From contig NW_025767743.1 of assembly GCF_003918875.1 (NCBI RefSeq), forward strand, positions 124,001 to 188,000: DNA of 64,000 nt, written 5' to 3'. Origin of the DNA: Haliotis rubra (Eukaryota). Under the pieces are notes generated by a model. It was not told the DNA's origin and made no database searches. It saw nothing but the letters and a program-made list of their open reading frames with translations. How positions within the stretch are numbered: the first letter of the stretch is position 1; the number at the start of each line of letters is the position of its first letter. The translations under genes and the position numbers were made by a program. Below, in pieces: positions 50,874 through 62,767 of the stretch.

Positions 50874-53800
50874 TCACTTCCTCTTCTTCCTCTTTATTTT
50901 CGTAGTCCGGATGCCCTTATATGGCCCAAGCCCTTTTGCCTTGAGCTCTTGAACCTCAGCATATTTCCTTTTATTAAATCTGGAAAGAAACACATTAAAA
51001 ATAAACAAACAAGAAGACAAAGTCATCAATATCCCCCGCAATGGCAAAATACTCTTCATGATTATATATACGAGTTATGATTATGTCAAATATTTAGGTG
51101 TGTATATAGAAAAGTGGAAGGAGAGTATTGAAAGGTTTTTAAAGTTCTGCTCCAGAAAAGAGCACTATCACCAATTTCATTCTAAGTCAAACTTATTGCC
51201 ATGGAAATGCCAAAAATGTTTTATTCAGAAATTGAAAACTACCAAAAGGCACCAGTACACCACCAGATCTATCGATGTGCCAACTTTGGTGAAGAAATAG
51301 TGAACGGTTTTAGAGTTCAGTTCCGGAAAAGTGTACTACCACCAATTTCAGGCTAAGTCAAAACTTGTTGCCACGGAAACGCCAAAATGTTTTATTCAGA
51401 ATTCCAAAACTACCAAAAGGCACCAGTACACCACCAGATCTATCTATGCGCCAAGTTTGGTGAAGAAATAGTGAACGGTTTTAGAGTTCTGCTCTCGAAA
51501 AGACAAATGTGCACGGACAGACAGACGGACGGAGTCCATTTTAATACCCCCCGCAAAACGTGTTGCGGGGGATAAAAAGAAGCCATAATCAGTTTTGCAA
51601 CATAATCAATATATTTATGACAATTTCCTTAGTAATATATCCGTAAAGCATGTATTTATATATCTGGGTGAAGCCTATTTCTGGTGTCCCCCTGCCGTGA
51701 TGTTGGTGGAATATTGCTATAAGCGGTGTAAAACAAAACTCAGTCAGTTTATATATCTGGGCTCCATGTACTACTCAGCCTGTACAATATCGTGTGTGAG
51801 GGTTCGACCAATTAGTACTTTACAGGAGGGGGGAAGTTTGAGGGACCTGTGACTTTCATCAGAAAATAACTTTTCTGCTGCATAACAAGCAATACAAGAG
51901 GTGAGTCTGGTTTTACGCTGTTTTAAGAAACATTCCAATATCACGGCAGGAGACACCAGAAATTGGCTTCACACATTGTACCCATGTGGGGAATCAAACC
52001 CGTCTTCCAGCATGATGAGCAGACGCTTTAACCATTAGGCTACCCCACTGCCCCACAAGTAGTATGTCTGTGATGGAGACTTAAGAGACTTAAACCAGTT
52101 CCAGTCATTGTTCTAAAGGAAAGTCGGCTGGTCTCACTTTCTGAACTCGGCATCCGCCATCAGCTCCTCAACAATGGACGTCTTCTGCTGCTTCTTCGTG
52201 ATGCGAGAGCTGTAGAACTCACTTGGATCCTCAACCACGGTGCCAAACTGGAATACAAGAAAATAGGGGTACAGTCAGTCATTGTTTCTGGAACTGTGTT
52301 GCTTTGAACACACACATTAGTAATGTTCACAATCTGCTCAGTTCATTTGTTAACGCACTCAGCATTCTTTAAATATTAGTGTGGACCAGACAATCCAGTG
52401 ATTGGCATCACAAGTATTGATCTGCATATTTGAGATATGATGACATGTATCAACCAACTTCAGCACCTGGAAATACTTGGGCAATCCCTTGATGTCATCT
52501 CCTTTGTAAAACCTCTTGGGGTCAAGGGCTCGCCTCATTTTCAGGGCAATGAGGTCATTCTTCTTCTCTTCTGTCAGCTCACCTATCGGCATGTTGTACC
52601 ATCCTCGCCCCTTGGTCTGTTCTCGTGCTTTCTGAAAATATGATTAACACTGTTTGTTTTCTTCTTGTATGATGTTTAACATCACACACACCAGCTCCCA
52701 GTTATATACTAGCCACATAAAGAAACTGTGCACACAGAAAATGCCTTCATAATTGGAATACAACACAGCAAAGATGAAATGATGTAGACACCTTATAAGC
52801 TGACCACAAGAAAATGTCAAAAGAACATGAACAATATCCGTAACGATGACATAAGAAGTTCAAAATCGAGTGGGGGTCACACCATCGAAGTCACGAAGTC
52901 AATAACTGGTATGACCACTGTGTGCGTGAAGCACAGCAGTGCATCGAAGACGCATAGAGGCTACCAAATGAACATTGAAGGCCTGGGGAATGATCTGGGG
53001 CGTGGTCACTGCTGTCTGGAACCTGTATTTGAGATGAGTCACCCGAATCCATCTGTCCTGTCTTGGCGTCGTTACGTCGGGAACGCCCAGAACGTCGGTG
53101 GTCGGCGACGTCCGTTTCAATAACGCCTGACCCATGCAGATATCGTGTTACGATGGCATTGGAAATGTGCTGCCACCTGTTGTTGGCTCCTTCCTGCTTG
53201 AACGTATGAATGACCAAAGATCAAGCTTTCGACAGTGACAGCAATTTCAGAGTTTCACATGTTGTGTGCAGCTGTACGGGCTGCACGTGCAGTAACATAT
53301 TGCAAGGCCTTAGGCCACCGTCAATGACGTCACGTCGCCTGGCACGTGCATGAGTGTTTGATGTCTCCAATACTTGCTATGTTCACAAATGTATTTATGT
53401 ATAAATACGCTGTGTGCTTATATTTATATTTTCTGGGTGCAGTTTCTTTATGTGGCCAGTATATGACAATAAATCAAGTGGTATATATACTGTTTTGGTA
53501 TAATTTAACACTATATACCATTAATATAATCTTTGTATTACAAGTTGATTTGAATTTATACATAATAAACTGACAACAAAATAAACTTGTAAGCAAAGTT
53601 TTTTTTCGGCAACTACTATAATATGATGTCTTTCAGTGGCATTTAGAAGTTGTACAGTGATGTCCAAGATATTTTATGGATTAAACTTCTTTTTTTTTTT
53701 TTTTTTTTAATTTCTCTCACGTAGGGGTGTGAGAGAAATTAAAAAGAAGTTTAATCCATAAAATATCTTGGACATTACTATAATATGGTATTGTAATTGA

Positions 53801-55446
53801 GTGATGGTCGAACCTTTCTTTCTTTCTGCTTTCTTCTAAATCCTTCCTCATGGGAAGGAATGCTTTCTTTCTTTTCAAAGTCTGGTGTGATCACACTCTT
53901 GGCCATTATCTGAAACCATACAACCATCATCATGATTCTGACAAAGTGATAAGCATGATAAATCACTAATGTTACCATCAGTAATATATAATATTTCGAG
54001 CATGTTGAAGAAACATGTTGCCTGTAGTATCCTGTAGTATCTAATAGAAATAAGAATACTGATCAGCATGAAATACTTTGTGCTTTGTTTGGCCAAGCAG
54101 ACAACCTATTAGCAAAAACATTAAATGAAAGCTAAAAGATTTACATATACAGGTGTGACCCAGTATCTTCCAATATTTACACCATCATTTATAACCTATA
54201 AACCTCAAAATAGATACCTAAGAATATGATCTGCATAACATGTTCATTATGATACCAACCTCTTGAAGTTCTTTACTAACACGTTCAGTTGGAGCTTTGT
54301 ATTTTGGTTGCGGAGCATGAACGGAGTGAAAGTTTATATAAATATCTGAAGGGTCCGACTTGACTTGCAAAGAAGATGATAGTTCCATGCTGCAATAGAG
54401 ACAAAATACGTTGGTTGGTTGGTTGTTGATTAACGCCACACTCAGAATTATTCCAGCTATATGGCGATGGGCTGTAATTGTAAATAATCAAGTCTGGACC
54501 AGACAATCCAGTGATCAACCGCATGATCTACACAATTGGGATACGATGTGTCAACCGGGCCATTTATTTAAAAGTGATAATCATGACGGTACTATTCTTT
54601 GCATATGTCATTTTATTAACTATGTGAATGCAAGTTAGTGAGAAAGCTAATGCTGTTTTGATCTGTTGTCAACAATCACTGGGGTAGGGGGGTTGAGGTT
54701 TTGCACACCCCTACGTAATATTGTAATCTCCTGCATGATAGGCCAATACATGGAACTTTATTTTTTTACTCCACCCCATCCTCAATGCCAAATGAATAAA
54801 TGACCAGTTCCTAAACAATGTTTAAATGTGCCATTTTTCAAATGCTGTACCAGACCCACCCTTTCACAACATAATTTTTCCATAAAACCACTCCACCACA
54901 ACAAAACATCATTTAAATTCCTTAAAACAAGATGATACCAGGAATGTTTTTCTTATTATCTGACCTGCGGCTTTTGTCGAGTTTTCTTCTGTCATATTTA
55001 TTTTTATGTTTTGTACTTTTTCTTTTCTCCCTGTGTAGACTTTCGCCATCTTCACTGCAATCTTCTATAATGGTTCTCGAACCAGACGTACTGGCATCCT
55101 CAGCAGATGGCGTTTTATCTATAACGAAAAAAGACGACACTTCATCGCTCCCTTCCCCTAATTCAGAATTGTCACTGCGATTATGTGAGTCAGTATTTAA
55201 AACACTGGATTCCTTGACTTCAGATGTACTCGGGTGTTTCCGTATGGGTGTCTTGTCTATAACGAAAGGAACTTGATCATTCGAATCGGATTCTGAGTCC
55301 GAATTACTTCCATCAGTTTGATCTATGTCTCCTTTATTTGTTATCTTTTCTGGAGACAGTGACACGCTTGTTTTGCTCCAAGCTGATTCAAATATTTCAT
55401 CCAGTTCGCTATCTGATGTAAGTTCATCAGACGAGGAGCTAGCCAT
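50874..55446 (-). CDS. DNTTIP2: deoxynucleotidyltransferase terminal-interacting protein 2 (Fcf2 rRNA-processing domain), 362 aa
   Basis: Exons 54965-55446, 54260-54389, 53814-53909, 52467-52631, 52138-52247, 50874-50979; phases close. Fcf2 motifs TKGRGWYNM, LKMRRALDPKRFYK, PKYFQFGTVVEDPSEFYSSRI, SIVEELMADAEF; acidic N-terminus with two FVIDKTP motifs. Confidence 0.95.
51007..51578 (+). mobile_element. Helentron-associated (HINE/pearl-like) non-autonomous element
   Basis: AACAAG start, about 175-bp internal tandem units, (GACA/GACG)n microsatellite, terminal hairpin CCCCCGCAAAACGTGTTGCGGGGG, then ATAAAAA. Confidence 0.75.
51898..52054 (-). mobile_element. SINE family B
   Basis: Diverged full-length copy. 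Confidence 0.8.
52707..53461 (-). mobile_element. internally deleted Tc1-like transposon (second copy)
   Basis: Same TIRs and same internal deletion junction as 47993-48836, plus a further deletion that removes the start codon. Confidence 0.9.
54410..54556 (-). mobile_element. SINE family C fragment
   Basis: ATTCCAGCTATATGGCG...GTCTGGACCAGACAATCCAGTGATCAAC. Confidence 0.75.
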
Positions 55447-55516
55447 GGTACCGCGGTCAACACATCAACTTTACATACACAAAACACACGTGTTGACAGC
55501 TTCCATGAGCCGAAGA

Positions 55517-55543
55517 GCACTTCCGCCCCCTTTCCGGAAGTGC
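55517..55543. promoter_or_regulatory. inverted pair of ETS-type motifs upstream of DNTTIP2
   Basis: GCACTTCCG...CCGGAAGTGC, 70-100 bp upstream of the ATG. Confidence 0.5.
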
Positions 55544-55805
55544 ACAATGTCCTAATATAGTACGTTATACATTCAAGCTAAAGAGTAAAGAATATAAATA
55601 TCGATTACAAGACCGCGACACATGATTACATGTGTATGCTAAATATCTGTCAGCACATAAAAAAATATATTAAAATAAACTCAATTACGTTTTATCGTAA
55701 TATCACTGCGTAGAAATATGTTAGGCAAGTTTCCTTGCAGGGTCAAACGACTTAACGATGCAGGGAGTATTCAGATGCTATAAGTGAACGATTATACAGT
55801 ATGAT

Positions 55806-56155
55806 GTGGTGGTGGTGGAATTGAGTTTAACGTCGTGCTTGAGAATATTTCGCTCATATGACGACGTGCATGCGTATGTGTATGTGCGGCTGCTTGTACT
55901 AGCCCAGACTTAAGCTGGTTTTATAGTGCTAGCCCACTGTGATACCATGCCGCAGTGAAGCATGAATACCCCACTCAGACACATTATACTGACTCCGAGT
56001 CGACCAGTCTTTGATGTACCCATTAATGCCGAGCGCCAGGCAGGGACCAACAAGTACCACATTTTAACGTCTTTTGGTATGACGCAGTCGGGGATCGAAC
56101 CCGCGACCTTCCGCACTCCGGGCGGACGCTCTAACCACTACACCACGGAGGCGGT
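55806..56155 (-). mobile_element. SINE family A with TSD
   Basis: Near-identical to 504-858; ATACAGTATGA on both flanks. Confidence 0.9.
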
Positions 56156-56957
56156 CATACAGTATGAAAGCGGTAGTGGCCATTCCTCGTGCTGCGTCAC
56201 AAGCATGCCATTCTCCACCTCAAAGCCACATTTCTGTGATTGGGTTAAAAGTTAAATTATTTGACTAAAAAGACACGACGTTTTCATAATAAAATCCATA
56301 AAGACTAAAAGATAAAAAAAAAATCGGAATTAGCTTGGTCACTTTAAAAATATATTCTCCCGCCCAAATGACATGGAGACACAGATTATATCTTTTGTTG
56401 ACTTTTCCTTTCATAAAGGTTCACCAGCATACTTAAACGACATTCGACCAATATTCACCCGCCTTAACTGGAAAAATGTCATGACTATCAGCGCAACCGC
56501 CTCGAACGTCTGTTTCATACAGAGGCGTGCCCAGGATAGAAATGAAGTGTAGGTACACCTGGACGTACGAGTCTGTAGATCTGTAGACTAGTGCTAGTTA
56601 TAACGGCTGAAGCCAACTGTTGCATGCAATGTTGTGAATACATATTGAAAGCTAGAATGCTAGCTTCTGATTACTTTATATATATAAACATAATTTGAAC
56701 AAGTGACAATCTTGCCAGGAAAGCTTTCTTTTCCTGATCAGCCAAACCATTTCCATATAATTGACCGGATCTAAATATGCTGGTGCATCGGACTCTGTAA
56801 CGGACACTTTCTTTTCCTCTGTTTGAGGAGCAAGCTCATTAGTATCATCTTTCACGGACGACATCTTAAAATACTCCAGAAGCTCCAGCCATTACAGTTT
56901 ACAGTTTCCGAAGTACAATCGAGCGTGCGAAGATGCCAAAGAGCGACTTACCACTCG

Positions 56958-57188
56958 ACCCGTGAAGATCCCGGTTAGAACTGGCCTTCAGCAACCCATG
57001 CTTGTCGTTAAAGGCGACTACCGGGATTGGGTGGTCAGTCTCGCTGACTTGGTTGACACATGTCAGTGCGTAGATCGATGCTCATGCTGTTGACCTCTGG
57101 ATTGTATTATCCAGATTCGATTATTTACAGCCCGTCGCCATATAACTGGAATATTGCTAAGTGCGGCGTTAAACAACAACTAAACCAA
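56958..57188 (+). mobile_element. SINE family C (longest copy)
   Basis: ACCCGTGAAGATCCCGGTTAGAA...CATGCTTGTCGT...GAATATTGCTAAGTGCGGCGTTAAAC. Confidence 0.85.
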
Positions 57189-58407
57189 CGCCATACGTTG
57201 TTTGATGGTAACAACATTCCAGGTCAAACCAAAACATGAGTCTCATTAACTAATTCAGACAATGACCTACTTTTCAGCCGATCCGAATTTTCTCATGTGA
57301 AAGTGAAAAGAGACAACACAAACAACTATGGTTACACTGAATTTCAATTCCTTGTTTCATAAGAAAATGGTATTTACAAGTTAATTTTATTTTGAAACTT
57401 TAATAACTTCGTACTTCTATATTTTATGGCGAGGTGTAGGCAGCATGACCTTAACTAAGACGTCACAGGCTGCCCCTGTTTGATGAGGTCGTGAAATGAT
57501 TCACAAATCATCTGGCTCACTGGTTACACCTGATATGTGTTCACTGCGCTTATTCAGTGTAGTGTTGTAACGCACAATGTGATTGATATAATATCAAGTC
57601 TGTACCAGACCGCCAAACTTTTCTAGCGGCAGAGCCTCGTTTTGAGATTTCCACGATTTCCAGATTTCCGTTTGTCAGAGCACGCTGTACGACAGAGCAC
57701 GCTGCACGACGTGTTTGCAAGGATTAGAAGGCGCGTAGTGTTGCAATATACAGGTGCTTAGATGTATCAAATAATTCTGATTAATATTTATGTATCAAGT
57801 TGAATGAATCGGTCTCAAAATTCTGGACTGGTTATTGTACTAAGTTGCGCAACAGGACAGAACCCAGTCAGCAGGAAGCGAGACTGTTGTGTAATCAATG
57901 TTTTGACTTGCTCCGCACAGCTATCAAAATGTTTCACGCGGAGGGCATTTCCAGTAACAAAATGATGTCCGATGCAATTCCCTTTTCGACTTGTACCCCA
58001 TTAGTGCATGTGTGTTTTTCGGCAAAAAGAACCTAACTTGTCCTATCGGAAGGGTCACAAGAGTATAGTTCCGTCAACTGCTGCAACAGAGTCATTACAT
58101 ATGGATAATAATAAAATACACACTTTATTCAAGATTTTTACGGTTCTCTAAGTACAACAAATTCATATAGTAAAATTATGCAGACGGACCGGGCTTGCAA
58201 AGATAAAACACCAAAGCCAAATTCTATCCAGTATGAAATCGCTTTATTATTTTTGAATTCCCACGTGTAACCATTTATACACGACCTATCATTACTTATT
58301 TGCAGCCAGGTTGCGCGTCCTACCGGTTTCAAATTAACTGTTTCACAACCATATTCACCCCGAAAACAGGAAGACAGCAAAACATTGAACAAACTTGAAA
58401 ATATTCA

Positions 58408-59580
58408 TAAACAAGAAAACATTGTGTCCAGGGACACGGATGCCCCGCTGACATTCATAAGACATATAAAGATCAATAATTGAACAAAATTCACGAACAA
58501 GTTCAATAAACATCTATGCAACTATGAGATGCACACCTTTCGAGTCCCAATGAAACACATGTATAAGCTAACTCAATTCTGTTGAGCAGTTTTTGTGGAG
58601 AAGTGGAAGACTTCTTATTTCACTATCATCAGAGAGAAATTCAACAAAATTGATCTAAGTTCAAATGACTCTAAACATACACAAAACTATAAAATACAAA
58701 AACAAAACAACATGAGATGCACACCTTTAGAGTCTCTATAAAAGACACATGTAAGCTAAATGAGTTTTGTGTAATGGTTTTTGAGGAGAAGTGGATAAAG
58801 TACACCCCCTGTTGTATGAGACGAACAGGATGAATAGAACCAAACTCAACTAAGTTCAAACATCTGTAGAAGTGACAAAATTAAGAAACTGGAGGAACAA
58901 GGTATGAGATGCACACCTTTAGAGTTCCAATGAAACACACGTAGAAGCTCAATCAATTCTGTTGAGCAGCTTTTGTGGAGAAGTGGATAGACTTCATCCC
59001 CTACAACACTAAATTCAGAGAGAAATTCAACAAAATTTATGTAAGTTCAAACGGCATTAAAATTGGAAAAATAAATAAAATACAAAATCAAAATATGAGA
59101 TGCACACCTTTAGAGTCCCTATAAAGCACATGTGTAATGGAAATGAATTCCATAAAGTAGTTTTTGAGGAGAAGTGGATAACGTACACCCCCTGTTGGAT
59201 GGAACGAACACTGGCTGAATAGAACAAAATTCAACTAAGTTCAAACATCTGTAAAAGTGACAAAATAAAGAAATTGCATAAAAAATTATGAAATGCACAC
59301 CTTTAGAGTCCCTACAAAAGACATGTAGAAGTTAAAGAGCATGTGGAGAAGTGGATTGACTTCACCCCTATTACACTATCATCATAGAGAAATTCAGCAA
59401 AATGTACCTAAGTTCAAATGTGTGAGATGCACACCATTAGAGTCCCAAGAAAGCCCATGTATACGTTCATTGAATTCCACAGAGCGGTTATGGTGGAAAA
59501 GTGGGAATACATTCCCTGTTTTGACGGACGGACGGACACCCCCTATATGCCCCCAGCCATATATGGCGGGGCATAAAAAC
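58408..59580 (+). mobile_element. Helentron-associated (HINE/pearl-like) element with internal satellite
   Basis: AACAAG...GGACACGGATGCCCC start, about 190-bp tandem units marked by GAGATGCACACCTTTAGAGT, (GACG)n, hairpin CCCCAGCCATATATGGCGGGG, then ATAAAAA. Confidence 0.75.
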
Positions 59581-59616
59581 AACACTGTAGATTTTTGTTT
59601 TCAACCAACAATGGTA

Positions 59617-60607
59617 CCTGACATCACCACCTTCAACACCTGACAACGTCTCCATCAACACCTGACACCACCTCCATCAACACCTGACTGACACATCACC
59701 TCCATCAACACCTGACATCACCTCCATCACCACACCTGACACCACCTCCACCTGACCACCTCCACCTCCACGTCCATCAACACCTCCATCAACACCTGAC
59801 ATCAACACCTGACACCACCTCCACCCACCTGACATCACCTGACACCCATCATCAACACCTGACACCACCTCCACCAACACCTGACATCACCTCCATCAAC
59901 ACCTGACACCACATCAACTGACACCACCTCCATCAACACCTGACACCACCACCATCAACACCTGACACCATCCCCATCAACACCTGACACCACCTCCACT
60001 TGACATCACCCCCATCAACACCTGACATCACCTCCACCAACACCTGACATCCATCAACACCTGACACCTGACATCACCTCCATCAACACCTGACACCACC
60101 TCCACCAACACCTGACATCACCTCCATCAACACCTGACATCAACTACATTAACACCTGACACCACCTCACCGCCATCAACACCTGACATCATCTCCACCT
60201 GACATCACCTCCATCAACACCTGACACCACCTCCACCAACACCTGACATCACCTCCATCAACACCTAACATCACCTCCATCAACACCTGACACCACCTCC
60301 ACCATCAACACCTGACACCACCTCCACCAAGACCTGACATCACTTCCACCAACACCTGACATCACCTCCATCAACACCTGACATCACCTCCACTTGACAA
60401 CACCTCCATCAACACCTGACATGAACTCAATGAACACCTGACATCACTTCCATGAACACCTGACATCACATTCATCAACACCTGACATCACTTCCGCCTC
60501 CTTCAACACCTGACATCACCTCCATCAACACCTGACACCACCTCACCTCCACCAACATCCGACACCACCTCATCAACACCTGACACCATCTCATCAACAA
60601 CATCAAC
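59617..60607. repeat. about 22-bp degenerate minisatellite abutting the TRIM stop codon
   Basis: ACACCTGACATCACCTCCATCA repeated over about 1 kb. Confidence 0.93.
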
Positions 60608-62767
60608 CTACATCACACTATTTCGTAAACAGCAACAACGCCGCCTTTGTAGGAAACATACACTTTGCCACCTTGGCCAAAAAAGCACACAGCGTGGTTC
60701 AGACAGATTGTTCTGCATTGTATCAACAACACACAAAGTTCTCCCCTCAGGGGAAAAGATCAGGATCTCATTCCTATACATGTCACACGCTATGATACGT
60801 CCATTTGCACCAAAGATGGCGTCTGAAGGCCGCCACTTCATGCCGTTCCGTTTGTGTCCGTTGACCTTGAGGAAAAGGCCGTCTTTCTCCGACTCGAGAC
60901 ACACGGACCCCTGCCTTTGCCAAGAGCACACGATGACCACATCATCTGCTACGTACCGAAGGGATTTCATCTCACCTTTGACCTTACTGGTCCAGTTTCT
61001 GACCATCTTGCCTGTTGTCGTCATGACCCGCATCTCCTTATTTGGCAGATTGCCAACAATGATGTGGTCGCCGAAGTTGGCGACAATAGGATCACAAGTC
61101 ATCTCTCCGTTTCGTGCCAAGGGTATTTTGGACTGAACTTGCAGATGTTTTGTTAATATAACAAGGTAGTTTTCATAGATGGCGCAGATGGTACTGTCAT
61201 TATCAACACACACAAACCGTTTGAAAAGGTCACATTTTCCATTCTGATTTACCAAACCAATTATCTTACCATTATCATAGAAATCTTTCAGCTTTGCATT
61301 TGAGTCGTCTAAAATCAAAAGTCTACCTTTATCTTTAAAGGCAATAGAGCTAATATTAGGTTGTGATTTATCAGTGCCAATTTGTGTGCTGAACTGACTC
61401 ATGTATGATAAAACCCCTTCCTCTGTTGCGTCTATCCCGTGAAGGTTTATCTCAAGAAATTCTTTTGCTGCCCTGTCTTTAGACTGTGAAGCATCCTTAT
61501 CTCCAATCGCTTCACCCCCCTCATCATCGTTGGCTGATGTGTCCATTACCCATTCCTGTGGTGTGCTGGTGGGATGAGTGGTTTGTATCTTCGGTTCTTC
61601 CTTGAGTGATTTGGGTATGGAAGATTTCGGTGTAACCTGGGGATCTGCACAAGAACATGGTACATTTGGGCTTCCTTGGGCCATTGGAACTTCACGAAAA
61701 GTGATAACTTCTGCGTCAACTGGAAGGTTTATATTAACCTTATATGTAGTCAGAGTACCTGTAGATGACACGGCAGGTTCCTCTGCATATTCTTTCAGCC
61801 CCTGTTGAAGAGTCTGGGACAGCAACAGAAGAGTCAGCCCACCACCCTCTTCCACCTGCTGACATACTCGGACAACCTCCTCCCTTCTTTCAGACTCAGA
61901 GTTCACCAGCTCCAGCATCCTTTGCCTCCTACGCCTCTCGTCCTGAAAACTTCTCCTGCCCTTCTCCAACACCTCAGAACTCTTCTCAGTGATCTTCTCC
62001 ACCACAGCAGCAACTGACGAAGTCAGCTCACTCACAAATATTTCTTCCTCTTTGTTTAACTGACCCATCTCCGCTTGCAGTGTTTTGGCAGAGTCTTGAA
62101 TACTGGAAGACGTCGCTCCTACCATTGACAGTGCCTGTTTCAATGACTCACGCCTTTTGTCAGCTGCTTCGTCTACAGTGTCAAACTGATGTTTCTTGTG
62201 CTCAGCAAAGGCACATTGAATACATACTGCCTCAGAACATGTGTGACAGAAAATGCTCAATGTTTCGTGGTGTTTGTCACAAATCTGTTCCTCCTTCTCA
62301 AGAAAGTGTTTATCGTACTGACCTTGTCTGATGTCATCAAGGGAGACCACTCGATGTGTCGCTGTAAGAGTTGAAGAGTTATGTCTCATTGAGCAAGTTT
62401 CACAAAGTTTGTCGCCACAATCCAGGCAATGGTGAGTGGTTTCACAAAAATCGCCTTTCATTGAACAAACCACACAGTTAGAGGCCTGTGGTGTGCGACA
62501 AGCGTACACCCTCTGACGCCCCAGTATATAGAAGTTTGTCGTTAGAGAGCTCGCTGATTTCGTCTGTAGCCGAGTTTTATGTTTGCACAGAGGACACTGG
62601 AAGACATGCCCACCGCCCTCGGTAGTAAGCCGTTCTTCAATACAAAGCTGACAGAATGAATGGAGACACGTCAAAAGTTTGGGGGAGGAGAACGGCTGTT
62701 GGCACAGCCTACAAGTGATGTCTTCATGAGGTACCGGTATTTTTCCGGGTGTCGAAATTGACGCCAT
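60608..62767 (-). CDS. tripartite motif (TRIM) E3 ligase: RING, two B-boxes, coiled coil, NHL-like beta-propeller
   Basis: 719-aa ORF with RING CRLC...CLHSFCQLC...CPLC, B-box1 CVVC...CLDC...LCETC...H, B-box2 CDKH...FCHTC...VCIQC...H..H, a helical region and C-terminal NHL-like repeats. A splice acceptor just upstream of the ATG (about 62779) implies a non-coding first exon. Probable 1-nt frameshift near the C-terminus. Confidence 0.9.
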   Translation of the reverse strand: MASISTPGKIPVPHEDITCRLCQQPFSSPKLLTCLHSFCQLCIEERLTTEGGGHVFQCPLCKHKTRLQTKSASSLTTNFYILGRQRVYACRTPQASNCVVCSMKGDFCETTHHCLDCGDKLCETCSMRHNSSTLTATHRVVSLDDIRQGQYDKHFLEKEEQICDKHHETLSIFCHTCSEAVCIQCAFAEHKKHQFDTVDEAADKRRESLKQALSMVGATSSSIQDSAKTLQAEMGQLNKEEEIFVSELTSSVAAVVEKITEKSSEVLEKGRRSFQDERRRRQRMLELVNSESERREEVVRVCQQVEEGGGLTLLLLSQTLQQGLKEYAEEPAVSSTGTLTTYKVNINLPVDAEVITFREVPMAQGSPNVPCSCADPQVTPKSSIPKSLKEEPKIQTTHPTSTPQEWVMDTSANDDEGGEAIGDKDASQSKDRAAKEFLEINLHGIDATEEGVLSYMSQFSTQIGTDKSQPNISSIAFKDKGRLLILDDSNAKLKDFYDNGKIIGLVNQNGKCDLFKRFVCVDNDSTICAIYENYLVILTKHLQVQSKIPLARNGEMTCDPIVANFGDHIIVGNLPNKEMRVMTTTGKMVRNWTSKVKGEMKSLRYVADDVVIVCSWQRQGSVCLESEKDGLFLKVNGHKRNGMKWRPSDAIFGANGRIIACDMYRNEILIFSPEGRTLCVVDTMQNNLSEPRCVLFWPRWQSVCFLQRRRCCCLRNSVM

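Noticed and set aside
54922-54964. DNTTIP2 exon 1 donor at 54938 (G|GTATC)
   Set aside because: It gives phase 1, but exon 2 needs phase 2; the donor AG|GTCAGA at 54964 fits.
60708-62374. Plus-strand ORFs overlapping the TRIM gene
   Set aside because: Antisense shadows with no recognisable motifs.
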